A DNA stretch of 64,000 nucleotides from a virus. The stretch is from positions 1 through 64,000 of the IMG/VR virus record IMGVR_UViG_3300032313_000668, one strand, 5' to 3'. Of this stretch, positions 28,601 through 38,053 are shown in pieces; position 1 is the stretch's first letter; every line of letters starts with the position of its first letter. The notes beneath the pieces are model-generated. The model saw only the letters and a program-made list of their open reading frames with translations, had not been told where the DNA came from and did no database searches. Both the position numbers and the translations under genes were made by a program.

Positions 28601-28630
28601 ATACTAACACTAATTTCTTAGAAAGTGCAA
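28601..28630 (-). promoter_or_regulatory. sigma70/SigA-like promoter of the helicase-exonuclease-ATPase-SSB operon
   Basis: TTGCAC - 18 nt - TAGTAT with a TG extension on the minus strand; GAAAGG ribosome-binding site downstream. Confidence 0.6.
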
Positions 28631-28648
28631 ATTCTTTGTTAGTACCTT

Positions 28649-29122
28649 TTACTTGTCCAACAATACTCTAGGAATCCATCTTTGTCTAACCAAAGCCATT
28701 AGGGCGTGTCGTAGGGCATCATTTGCGTGCCCTTCCCCACCTTTATGCCAAACACCTATGGTCTGTAGAGCTTTGTTATTAAACATGTTTTTAGCATCTG
28801 CTGGAGTTTGAAAAACAATCTTGTCGACTGGATACCCAGCCTCTCGGCAGAGGTGCTTTAGGACACCAATTTGCTCGAGTGAATATGGAGCCTGAGAATT
28901 ACGGACTGTCTGAGCATTGATGGTGAAGCGCTCGCAGACAACAATAAAGCTGTCATAGGCTTTCCACCCTGTCATAGATGTTGTAACGACTTGAGCAAAC
29001 TCTTCTGGCTGAGGTTCCAGAGAAAGAAGTCTCTTTGGGAGGTCATCTGGATTTCCAGACCACTCGACTAAACCAACACCAGTTGCTTTTCCTGGGTCAA
29101 CTGAAAGTACGACTATGCTCAT
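28649..29122 (-). CDS. RuvC-like Holliday junction resolvase
   Basis: VLSVDPG..TG, VVCE.F and H.NDA..H motifs; start at 29122 (ATGA overlap). Confidence 0.75.
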   Translation of the reverse strand: MSIVVLSVDPGKATGVGLVEWSGNPDDLPKRLLSLEPQPEEFAQVVTTSMTGWKAYDSFIVVCERFTINAQTVRNSQAPYSLEQIGVLKHLCREAGYPVDKIVFQTPADAKNMFNNKALQTIGVWHKGGEGHANDALRHALMALVRQRWIPRVLLDK

Positions 29123-29442
29123 GTCCAAACCACCTGTGCCACTCGATATCTGTCTAGAAAACCCTCACACTTTTTGCAAGGCTTTGAATTAGCTGGACTA
29201 CCGTCAGCAGCAGCGCGAGCAACATAAACAGTTGAACCAGCAGCATACTTTCCAGCAGCTTTTACTGCAGCAGCTTCTGCATGAATGTGAGCCCTTCTCC
29301 ACTGATTATTGATTGGAGAAGAAACTTTCTTGTTAGTTTTTGATGCAACAATTGTTCCCTTCTGAACAACAATTGCGCCATGCTTGTGTCGACACTTGCT
29401 AGTTTTTGCTATCTCAAGTGCCCTTTCTAGATACTTATTCAT
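29119..29442 (-). CDS. cytidine/dCMP deaminase-family protein
   Basis: HGAIVV, HAE and KPCKKC zinc-binding motifs. Confidence 0.8.
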   Translation of the reverse strand: MNKYLERALEIAKTSKCRHKHGAIVVQKGTIVASKTNKKVSSPINNQWRRAHIHAEAAAVKAAGKYAAGSTVYVARAAADGSPANSKPCKKCEGFLDRYRVAQVVWT

Positions 29443-31265
29443 TAGTACTTTTGTCCCCAGTTTTCAAGTGGACCATCAACATCGGCAGTAAGAGGTACTG
29501 CCCACCCTTCGGTTGTAGTCATACATTGGCGAACTAGTTGTTTAATTTCTTCTGCGTCTTCACGGGGAGCATTAAGAACAATTTCGTCGTGTACAGGAAC
29601 AATCAGGTAGTCAGTTAAATCTGCAGCATCAAGTTTTACCAAGTTGCTCTTAAAGATTTCAGCAGCACCACCCTGAATCAAATAGTTCACAAGTGTGTAT
29701 GTACGGTCATCATCGCAAGGGATTCGACGACCAGTCCATGTGTAGACATAGCCTTGGCCTTCCTCACGGAAACGACGCTGACCAATGTTGTCAATTTCTT
29801 TCTGGAATCGAATCATTCCTGGGTAGTTAGAGTCAAATGAGTCAGACACTTCCTTCATTTGATACTCAGGGACGCCAGCAGTAAGTGCCTGCTTTGCGAC
29901 TCCCGCTCCGTAAAGACGACCATAGACAACACCCTTGATGAGGTTACGACGCTTGTCAGATTTTTGCATGGTCGGGTCTGCATAAACTTGACGACCAATT
30001 TCGGTAAAAGGGTCAGAGCCTTCTGCATCTGCACGGTTAAACAAGTTAATAAGATTTGCATCTCCAGAAAGCGACGCAAACATACGGAACTCAACCTGGT
30101 CAAGGTCTGAGGTCACAATAACGTGGTCTTTATCCTTCGGGATAAACGCACGGCGCACCGTGTCATCGCCCTTAGGCAGAGTCTGCAACGCTGGGTCAGT
30201 GATAGACATACGAGATGTACGAGCACCTACAGTCTTTACAGATGGGTGAAGTAATCCGTCAACATGTTTGTCTAGGAAGTTAGCAAAGTATGTTGTAGCA
30301 AGTTTGTCAGCCTTGCGTTGCTTAAGAACAGTCTCGGCTAGGTTTTTAACCTCGGCGTTACCGTCAATGATTAGTTTTTTTAACTGGTCTGCGCTTGCAG
30401 ACTTCTGTCCTGATGGAGTGAACTCTGTAATTTCAGCGCCAAGCTTTTCAAAAAGGCGAACCATTTGCACGTTGCTTGTAATAGATACGTCGTACTGGTT
30501 ATACGCCCACAGTTTTGTTTTCTCTGTGTAGTCGATAAGTTCTTCGTATTTCTTTTTTGAATAGTCAAGGTCCACGCGAGCGCCATTGATTTCCATACGG
30601 GTAACAATCTTGCGTGTAGCCATTTCAAGTTCATAAGCCTTGTGGTAAGGACCACCAGGTCCACACTTCTCCCAATACATTTCCCACAGACGCATTGTTA
30701 TAACGGTGTCAAGAGCACCATAAGCCCAGTAGGGTTCAAAGTTTGTAGGAACTGTTCCCCAAGTCCAACCATTAGTTGCAAGGCTTTCATCAAGCTTGCT
30801 CTGCAAGTGTGCAGCCATCGGGTCAATGTGCTGGGATGCAAGACGCTTTAGTGCACCAGAGCCTAATGGGTCAATAATGTGCGCCATAATCATGGTGTCA
30901 TGTGCACGTCCCCAAGGAAGTTCCCAATTGGATTTAATTGAAAACCAACGCGCTTCAAAAGCAATGTTGTGACAGACAATGGGCCCTTCGAAGCGTTCCA
31001 TTGCTTCGTAGAAAACACCCTTCCACTCGTCCCAGGGAATAGACCAGCCAGTCATGCCATCACCTACTTGAACAAGACGTAGGTCACCATGCCACGGGGA
31101 TAGTGCATCTGCGCGGGGGCGTCCAGGGCGTTCACCCGTTTCAGTGTCAATTGCAATTGCGTTGTGTGGGCGTCGCTCACTCAGCCAATTAAGAAATTTT
31201 TCTGCAGTCTCTACATTGTTAACAAGGTGAAGTTGTACACCTGATAAATCTCGTCGCTCTGTCAT
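29442..31265 (-). CDS. polA: family A DNA polymerase with 3'-5' exonuclease (no 5' nuclease domain)
   Basis: IDTET, HNIAFE and YGALD exonuclease motifs; DLDQVEFR (motif A), KGVVYGRLYG (motif B) and VHDEI (motif C). Confidence 0.95.
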   Translation of the reverse strand: MTERRDLSGVQLHLVNNVETAEKFLNWLSERRPHNAIAIDTETGERPGRPRADALSPWHGDLRLVQVGDGMTGWSIPWDEWKGVFYEAMERFEGPIVCHNIAFEARWFSIKSNWELPWGRAHDTMIMAHIIDPLGSGALKRLASQHIDPMAAHLQSKLDESLATNGWTWGTVPTNFEPYWAYGALDTVITMRLWEMYWEKCGPGGPYHKAYELEMATRKIVTRMEINGARVDLDYSKKKYEELIDYTEKTKLWAYNQYDVSITSNVQMVRLFEKLGAEITEFTPSGQKSASADQLKKLIIDGNAEVKNLAETVLKQRKADKLATTYFANFLDKHVDGLLHPSVKTVGARTSRMSITDPALQTLPKGDDTVRRAFIPKDKDHVIVTSDLDQVEFRMFASLSGDANLINLFNRADAEGSDPFTEIGRQVYADPTMQKSDKRRNLIKGVVYGRLYGAGVAKQALTAGVPEYQMKEVSDSFDSNYPGMIRFQKEIDNIGQRRFREEGQGYVYTWTGRRIPCDDDRTYTLVNYLIQGGAAEIFKSNLVKLDAADLTDYLIVPVHDEIVLNAPREDAEEIKQLVRQCMTTTEGWAVPLTADVDGPLENWGQKY

Positions 31266-31303
31266 TTTTTCCTCTTGTAGAAGGTTTAGCTATTGTATCT
31301 CTT

Positions 31304-31774
31304 TTATGGAATCATTTCCACTCTGTAGATGGCATCAATCTTTTCATCTTGCTCGGATGCTTGCTCAAGCAAACGTTGGGCAACATTAGTTAGATATCTT
31401 GCACCACCTTGGTCATATTTATAAAGAGCGTCTAGCACAGGAGTTGGGTCGTCGCTGACTTGGGCCCAAGTGCGGTCCTTCTCTGGGAAAATAATTGGAA
31501 GGTTTCGATTTGGATAGCACTCTTCGCAGGGTACTGCATCTTCTTTTAAATCAGCTACAGGGGCTTCTGTTAGCGCATAACGCTTAACCAGCGGACATGC
31601 AGCACCGTGATAAGTGATAGAAACACCAACGCGGGAAAGAACATAGGAACCATTGTCAGTTTTAAAAAGTTTAAACTCAATCCACCGCGTTGAACCGCGA
31701 CGCCAAGAAGAAGACTCTCCAAGAACTTTGCCGTTGAATTGGAGGGTACGAGAACCGTCCTTTACTTCATGCAT
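31304..31774 (-). CDS. hypothetical protein (H/C cluster, possible Zn binding)
   Basis: LQFNG..LG.SSS...RW.E..LFKT..G.YVL; H...C...CEEC. Confidence 0.7.
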   Translation of the reverse strand: MHEVKDGSRTLQFNGKVLGESSSWRRGSTRWIEFKLFKTDNGSYVLSRVGVSITYHGAACPLVKRYALTEAPVADLKEDAVPCEECYPNRNLPIIFPEKDRTWAQVSDDPTPVLDALYKYDQGGARYLTNVAQRLLEQASEQDEKIDAIYRVEMIP

Positions 31775-32127
31775 TAGGCTGGCGTCCCCTCTTCTATCTC
31801 TTCTGGCTCTCGAGTTTTATATATGTACTCAAACCAACTGTAGGAGTCAGCATACAAGGATTCTATTTCTCCATACCCAGAGATGGCATACTTTAAACTT
31901 ATAGTTTCGTCATTTAAACGGACAGTCTCTAGAGTTTTTGAAGCGTTTTGTATCTCTAAAACTATGTTGTCTATATGAGAATAAATAGTCTCTAGTGGTA
32001 TGGCATCTACCTCTTCTTTAGGCATGCTCGGACTGAGTTTAGTTTCGTATGACTCACCAGAAACGGATACGACCTTAGCTAAATACGGCCTTGTACCTTT
32101 GGTGTATATAGCGCTGTAGTTAATCAT
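31774..32127 (-). CDS. hypothetical protein
   Basis: ORF with start/stop overlaps to both neighbours. Confidence 0.6.
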   Translation of the reverse strand: MINYSAIYTKGTRPYLAKVVSVSGESYETKLSPSMPKEEVDAIPLETIYSHIDNIVLEIQNASKTLETVRLNDETISLKYAISGYGEIESLYADSYSWFEYIYKTREPEEIEEGTPA

Positions 32128-33704
32128 TTTGCTTCCTTTAGTCTCTGAATCTCTTCTTTAAGAGAGTCTATCTCATTTTGGTGTTTCTTGAGTAAATCTA
32201 TGACGTAAACAGAGAGAAGGTCATAACGGAGCGAAGCAGGAAGTCCTTCGTTATCATACCAAATTACTTCTTCAATTCCAGCCTCTAAAACCTCTTCAGC
32301 CATGAATCCAAGGACCCAGGGTCTATTGTAGGTTTCCCCGTATTGTTGGTCTCGATGTCCAGCTTTATATTTAAAAGTTTTTGCTTGAAGGTTAAGAAGC
32401 TTTGTGCCATCTACTTCGTAGTCAGCAATGTCTTTTTTAAATCGTATAGAAGATGATGGAGGTTGGTTGTTTGCTGGGTGGGTATGGTTTCCATTTGCGA
32501 GAGAACCATTTGTATTACTTATATTTAAATCAAGAAAAGCCGCTAAACTTCCACGTTGCGATTTAGAAATAGTACCAGCTATTACACCAACTGTACTGTT
32601 GGCTAATATCGTACCACCGCTACTTGTGGCAACATGTCTTGGAGAAAGGCAGCCATCTATCATTTGGAGACTACCAACTGAATCTGTTGCCATTTTTGGC
32701 TGAGTTACAGCTAGGTTTGCAATTTTTGCAGTGGTAACAGAGCCATTTGCTGGTGGGAAAGTAACGTCAGTCGCGATTTTAACCTGTGTAACCGCTCTAT
32801 CAATAAGCTCGCCTGTTCCTACAGCCAAAGGGCCAATATTTAACTGACCGATGGTGTTATCAGCAATGTGGTTTTTAATTCCTTTAGAGCCAGATATTTG
32901 ATTGGCAGCAATTTTGGCAGATGTAACTGAATCACCCACGATAGCGTTTGTGTCAACAGAGTTATTTCCTAGCTCTGATGAACCAATCGCGTCTAGACCA
33001 ATAGCAGTAGCATCCACGGAACCTGATGCGTAGTGCTCTGAGTCAATAGAGCGGTCTATGTATTCAGCTGAGTCTACGGAGTTATCTGCCATCTCGCCGT
33101 TTTCAACAGCGTTTAATCCGATTGCAGCTGCGTTAACAGAACCAGATGAGTAGTGTTCAGCATCAATTGAAAAGTCAATATACTCGGTCGAGTCAATAGA
33201 GTTGTCTGCCATTTCGCCATTTTGAATAGCATTTAGACCAACTGCATTATTGTCTACAGAACCGATTGAGTAATGCTCGGAGTCAATTGAATTATCTATG
33301 TACTCAGCTGAATCAACAGAGTTGTCTGTCATTTCACCGTTTCCTACAGCATTAACACCGATTGCGTTAATATCAACGGAACCCACTCCATAGTGTTCGG
33401 TATCAATTGAGCCGTCAATATAGTTTTCTGAATCAACAGCGTTCGCATCAAGTTCAGAATTTCCTACGGAGTCTGCAGCAAGCTTTGCTGCATTAACTGC
33501 GTTATCTTCAATTGTAGAATTTACGACAGCATTAAGAGCTAGCTGGTCAGTTGCTACGGCACGCGGTTGGATGTTCCCGCGAAGAACAGCCTGGTTTCCA
33601 ATCCTTGATGGCGAAGGTTTTCCTTCTAGGAACTTGAGCCTGCGCTGCACATCAGAGATGTTTCCAGTAATTGTTTTACGACTTGAGCGACGTCTGCTAG
33701 CCAT
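32124..33704 (-). CDS. tail fibre/spike with decapeptide repeats and C-terminal S74 autocleaving chaperone
   Basis: (N/G)SV(D/T)..(I/Y)..-type repeats; SSIRFKKDI, GFMAEEV, LRY and a terminal coiled coil typical of Peptidase_S74. Confidence 0.8.
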   Translation of the reverse strand: MASRRRSSRKTITGNISDVQRRLKFLEGKPSPSRIGNQAVLRGNIQPRAVATDQLALNAVVNSTIEDNAVNAAKLAADSVGNSELDANAVDSENYIDGSIDTEHYGVGSVDINAIGVNAVGNGEMTDNSVDSAEYIDNSIDSEHYSIGSVDNNAVGLNAIQNGEMADNSIDSTEYIDFSIDAEHYSSGSVNAAAIGLNAVENGEMADNSVDSAEYIDRSIDSEHYASGSVDATAIGLDAIGSSELGNNSVDTNAIVGDSVTSAKIAANQISGSKGIKNHIADNTIGQLNIGPLAVGTGELIDRAVTQVKIATDVTFPPANGSVTTAKIANLAVTQPKMATDSVGSLQMIDGCLSPRHVATSSGGTILANSTVGVIAGTISKSQRGSLAAFLDLNISNTNGSLANGNHTHPANNQPPSSSIRFKKDIADYEVDGTKLLNLQAKTFKYKAGHRDQQYGETYNRPWVLGFMAEEVLEAGIEEVIWYDNEGLPASLRYDLLSVYVIDLLKKHQNEIDSLKEEIQRLKEAK

Positions 33705-35703
33705 TTCTTTGTGTCTTCCAATCTGTTATTAGTTCTAGTTCTACTGCTTCGGGGAATGTCGGACTGTCTGGAACACTCACCTTAATAGAGTTTATCTTTC
33801 GGTATAAACGGTCATCTAGTGGTTCTTGGTCGCTTGCAAGGCGTTGAAGCACAAACTCATCATCAGCAGAGAAAGTGCACCAATCCCCTGGGTAGTATGA
33901 CCCAACAATCGGAGCAAGCGAGCCATTTACAGCGATGCTATATGTCCCAACTGGTGGTCTGGATTCGTTGAGGTAGTCAAGTGCATAGTTATATAGAGAC
34001 TCTTCATCCTCCACTGAATCCATTTTCTCAACTTGGTCAAGAAGTGGCCAGCTACGACCGCTTTTGTTGTTAAGCATGTCTTTTGCAGATGCTCCTGCGT
34101 AAGGCTGACTTGCATCGTCTGTAAGGTCTTCAATATTTCCAACTACAAAAAATCTAGTAGAGGCATCTTCTGCAGTTTCATCAATAGCAAAGTTGATAAC
34201 ATTTCCAGGATAGATAAACATTAAATCTTCTGCGCCTAGTTCTTTTGGTGTAAGTTTTTCTCCAGTTTCAGAGTTATATCTAGTCTCCTGACCAAACCAC
34301 ATTGTGCGTGTAAATTGACCAGTATCGAAGTCATAGTCGCAGTCAATTCGATAATCAAATCCACCCTCGGTTGTGTTGGAATATTTCTCAAGAATTTCTC
34401 CAACAGTTAGCTGCTCAAAACCACGAATAACTTGAGTATCTTGATAAAACCCACTCAATATAGTTCCAAATGGTTCGCTGTAGTAGTCAATGTCAATGTC
34501 ACCGTTTGCAGTAAAGCTACCGTAATCTCCGTAAATAACTTTTGAACCTAAAGTAGCAACTCCACCTCTTGCTGATTCAGGTGGTACGTCTAAAATTCCT
34601 CCAGACTTAAAAGTAAAACTATTAGCAGTAGGAGTCCCAGTAATTGTAAAACGACCATTAAAAATTGTGTCAAGTCGACCAGATAGGTAGGAGTCAATAC
34701 CAGTCACAATTACAGTCTCCCCGACTGAAGCCTGGTGATTACTTTCCAAGGTTAATAGTGCAGTGAAATTTGTAAGCTGCTTTGTTGTGACGTTTAATGT
34801 TCTTAAACCAGGCAAAGAAGTTGTAGGAACATCTGGACCGTTTAGCTCAAAACGAATTGTTCTGTTGTCTGGAACCTCGGTGCATGTGTGTATACCGTCA
34901 AGGTTAGAGCCGACTTCAACAACTTGAATTTCTTGACCAGGAATGACATCGTGGTTTGTAGAAGTTTTAAGAGTTACTACTCCTCCAGAACGCTGCTTTG
35001 AGACAATTGAAACTTGAATTTCTTTAGCTGGCTTGATTACTTCATTAGGGAATCCTAGTCCACCTAAATCTGTAGACATTCTATAAATAAGGTCACGAGC
35101 AAAGTCATAGTTATCAACCAAGCTACGGAAAGCGCCACTGATAATTCCAGTGCCACTTCCATTTGCAGAAGTAGTAGCAAACTGGAAGGTTGTTGCACTT
35201 TGAACGTTAGTAATAGTGTGGATACCATCAACAAGAGGGCTAGTAAAAGTAATTTTTACTTTATCTCCAGCAGAGAACCCGTGAGGTGTTTCAGTTGTTA
35301 TGGTGGCTACTTGGCTGACAATTGAGAAACTAGGGATACCAATAAAATCTGAACCATATTGGATTGTTTGCCAGATATTGCGGTGATAGAAGTAGCTTGT
35401 AAATTCTGCTCCTTCTACTCCCATATTTCTAGAAGCAACATCATAAGAGCGTGACCACACCATTCCGCCCCAAACACAGACGTTGTTGCGAACAACATAC
35501 AAACCAGTGCGTCCTGGCATCGTGGACTCGTAAAGGTTTATTCCTTTGGTTGCTTCAATAAATGGGATGGTTCCGCTAAACCCACCAGCTCTTTTATTTG
35601 CACGCTCGAAGGAGACACCTTTAAAAGGTACTTCTGCAATGACCTGATTTGAGAGTAGGTCAGTAAGGAAGTATCGGTAACTAACTTCTGTTTGTAATGA
35701 CAT
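33697..35703 (-). CDS. minor tail protein (Gp37-like hub) with three inserted beta repeats
   Basis: YRYFLTDLL...AEVPF, VRNNVCVWGG.VWSR and YPGNV motifs; located after Dit. Confidence 0.75.
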   Translation of the reverse strand: MSLQTEVSYRYFLTDLLSNQVIAEVPFKGVSFERANKRAGGFSGTIPFIEATKGINLYESTMPGRTGLYVVRNNVCVWGGMVWSRSYDVASRNMGVEGAEFTSYFYHRNIWQTIQYGSDFIGIPSFSIVSQVATITTETPHGFSAGDKVKITFTSPLVDGIHTITNVQSATTFQFATTSANGSGTGIISGAFRSLVDNYDFARDLIYRMSTDLGGLGFPNEVIKPAKEIQVSIVSKQRSGGVVTLKTSTNHDVIPGQEIQVVEVGSNLDGIHTCTEVPDNRTIRFELNGPDVPTTSLPGLRTLNVTTKQLTNFTALLTLESNHQASVGETVIVTGIDSYLSGRLDTIFNGRFTITGTPTANSFTFKSGGILDVPPESARGGVATLGSKVIYGDYGSFTANGDIDIDYYSEPFGTILSGFYQDTQVIRGFEQLTVGEILEKYSNTTEGGFDYRIDCDYDFDTGQFTRTMWFGQETRYNSETGEKLTPKELGAEDLMFIYPGNVINFAIDETAEDASTRFFVVGNIEDLTDDASQPYAGASAKDMLNNKSGRSWPLLDQVEKMDSVEDEESLYNYALDYLNESRPPVGTYSIAVNGSLAPIVGSYYPGDWCTFSADDEFVLQRLASDQEPLDDRLYRKINSIKVSVPDSPTFPEAVELELITDWKTQRNG

Positions 35704-35731
35704 CGTTCGTCCTGTCTATTGTCGTTAAGTG

Positions 35732-38053
35732 TTAGCCGAGCCAACCAGAGCGGTAATACACCCTTAAGGATGCCGTACTTTCTGGGTTCCCATTGTCGTA
35801 AAACTCAATCTGGTTTTCTCCAGGAGCAAGCTCAATAAAGTCTGCCAAGATATCAATTCTACCTCTTGCACCATTTACATCACCGTTAAAAGCTACTTCT
35901 TTATTCTTGGTGTCTATCTCAAGGATGTCTGCGCTCAATACAGCGGAAGCACCAGATATTCCAGGGAAGAACTGAATGTCGTTCTTCTGAATTGCTTTAC
36001 CAGCTGAGAAAGTCCTAGCAATAGTGTCAGAAACAGTCGCCACTCCGTTTACTCCCCGAAATGCAAGAGTTCCAGCAACTGTTGCTTGTCCCGCTGGGAT
36101 TACATCTTGAAGATTAATAGTCCCTGGGATTTCAGCAAAGGCACCAGTTACGTCAGCTGCAACAACATTACCTGCTGTTTTTTGATATGTAAAAGTATTG
36201 GCTGTTGGGATAGAAACAACGGTGTATGTTCCATTAAAAGTTGCATCGATTCCACTTATAACAACTTGCTCACCGAGGAGCATACCGTGAGAGTTTGTAG
36301 TAGTTATTGTTACTATGTTTCCAATAAGTCCTCTTGACTTAATTACACGCTTACGGGAACGAACTACTACGTTGTTAACGGTAGTTGCATTAATACTAGT
36401 CAGTCCAGTTTTTGTAAATGTAAAAGTAGTGCTGGATGGCAAAGTTGTAATTGCGTAGGTTCCATCTAGTGTGCTACTTCCCTCGATGGTGACGTCCTCA
36501 CCTACAAGGAAGTTGTGATTTTCAGAAGTAGTAATGGTTACAGTAGTACCAGATACAGCCGTTAGTGCGACAGATTTTTGAGTAGAGCGAACTCTTTTAT
36601 ATGAAAATGTATCTGAAGTAACTGCAGAAATTGTATATCCACCATTTAGAGAAATGTCTACTGCTGTTATGTTTACTGGTTCAGCCGCAATGAACCCGTG
36701 TACCTCAGAGGTTGTCAGGGTTACAACATCGTTTGTCATTATTTTGGAGATAATGCTGCGAGCATTAGTACGGGTGGCAGCATATGAAAATTGATTTGGA
36801 GAAGGTATGTCAGTAATAATTGCTGAAACTTCATTATAGTTTTCATCAATACCAGTTACGGTTACTGCTTCTCTTAAAATAAACTGGTGAGGGTCGGTTG
36901 TTGTGAGTGTTGCGATATTAGAAACAAGTACTGCACCAATAACATTTCTTGGTGGAATACGGGTTTTTGGAAAAGTAAAAGTAGTAGACGAAGGCGTAGA
37001 TGCTATTGAATAGTTGCCATCAAAAACAGCATCTACTCCAGCAACAGTAATTTGCTGACCACTAGTAAACCCATGCGGTGTAGTTGTTTCTATTGTAGCT
37101 ACACTGCTTTGTAAAGTCTTATGAGAGACATTTCTTACGGTTGCTGCATCAGCTTCAAATGTAAATGTGGTGTCAGTTGGTACTGAAATAATAAGCTGGT
37201 CACCGTCAAAAGGCTCACCCACACCAGAGATGTAAACAGAATCTCCTGCTTTGAAGTCGTGCTTTGCTGTAGTTGTTAGTGTTGCAATATCTTTAAGAAC
37301 TGTAACGTCATATTCAAGTTGCTTATTTACAATATTGCGAGAGATACTGCCTTTTAGACCTTGAACGATTCCAATAAGTTGATTAGTTGTTCTATTCCAA
37401 ATCTCTCCTGGAGCAGTAAGCTCTCCAGTTACTTCGAGGTAACACGGTACTTGATAGTTTCCAATATTAGTTACAGTGTCAATTCCGTCGTAGTTAAGGT
37501 CTGAATTCTTTGCTGGAATTTCTACATAGTTGTAACCATCTGGGTCAACATCGTTCCATGCGTACTTAATTGGGTCTGGAGCGCGAAGGGGGATTGAAAA
37601 CTCGGTGCGTCCACGAGCATTAACAGTGTTAATTTCTACATCGCCAGCAAGACGAACAAAAGAAGCGCGAATTGGGTTGTTACCAGTCTTTAGCCAAGCA
37701 CCTTTGTATACAAGATTTGTTGCAGCAACAAGTCGGTCACGGGCAGCTTCAACGAGTGCTGGGTCTGGTACAAGGAAGGTTCCAGTTAGATTTAAAGAGC
37801 GAGCAACATACTTTCCCTGAACATCATATGAGCCATCGCCCCAACCGCGCTCAATATCTGGTACTTCTGCAGATGGGTGTTGCCACCAACCTTCAATGTC
37901 GCTAATTACCCAAGTAACACCAAACTCATCAATAGTGTTAAAGATAAAGTCTCCAAGAATAATGTTTCCTTGAAGTTTTAGTTTTTCAATTTCATTTGGC
38001 TGTAAAGGTGTCAGCCCTCGATTGACATAATAGTTCTCTCTAGCTTGTGACAT
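35732..38053 (-). CDS. distal tail (Dit-like) protein with six inserted beta repeats
   Basis: DEFGVTW...IEGWW, RGWGDG, LRAPDP.KY, N.GN and ELAPGEN...YYRSGW; located after the tape measure gene. Confidence 0.8.
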   Translation of the reverse strand: MSQARENYYVNRGLTPLQPNEIEKLKLQGNIILGDFIFNTIDEFGVTWVISDIEGWWQHPSAEVPDIERGWGDGSYDVQGKYVARSLNLTGTFLVPDPALVEAARDRLVAATNLVYKGAWLKTGNNPIRASFVRLAGDVEINTVNARGRTEFSIPLRAPDPIKYAWNDVDPDGYNYVEIPAKNSDLNYDGIDTVTNIGNYQVPCYLEVTGELTAPGEIWNRTTNQLIGIVQGLKGSISRNIVNKQLEYDVTVLKDIATLTTTAKHDFKAGDSVYISGVGEPFDGDQLIISVPTDTTFTFEADAATVRNVSHKTLQSSVATIETTTPHGFTSGQQITVAGVDAVFDGNYSIASTPSSTTFTFPKTRIPPRNVIGAVLVSNIATLTTTDPHQFILREAVTVTGIDENYNEVSAIITDIPSPNQFSYAATRTNARSIISKIMTNDVVTLTTSEVHGFIAAEPVNITAVDISLNGGYTISAVTSDTFSYKRVRSTQKSVALTAVSGTTVTITTSENHNFLVGEDVTIEGSSTLDGTYAITTLPSSTTFTFTKTGLTSINATTVNNVVVRSRKRVIKSRGLIGNIVTITTTNSHGMLLGEQVVISGIDATFNGTYTVVSIPTANTFTYQKTAGNVVAADVTGAFAEIPGTINLQDVIPAGQATVAGTLAFRGVNGVATVSDTIARTFSAGKAIQKNDIQFFPGISGASAVLSADILEIDTKNKEVAFNGDVNGARGRIDILADFIELAPGENQIEFYDNGNPESTASLRVYYRSGWLG

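Noticed and set aside
16591-29128. Longest-ORF starts at 16591, 19785, 22474 and 29128
   Set aside because: Downstream ATGs (16618, 19806/19809, 22387, 29122) give TAATG/ATGA coupling or much smaller overlaps and match the domain starts.
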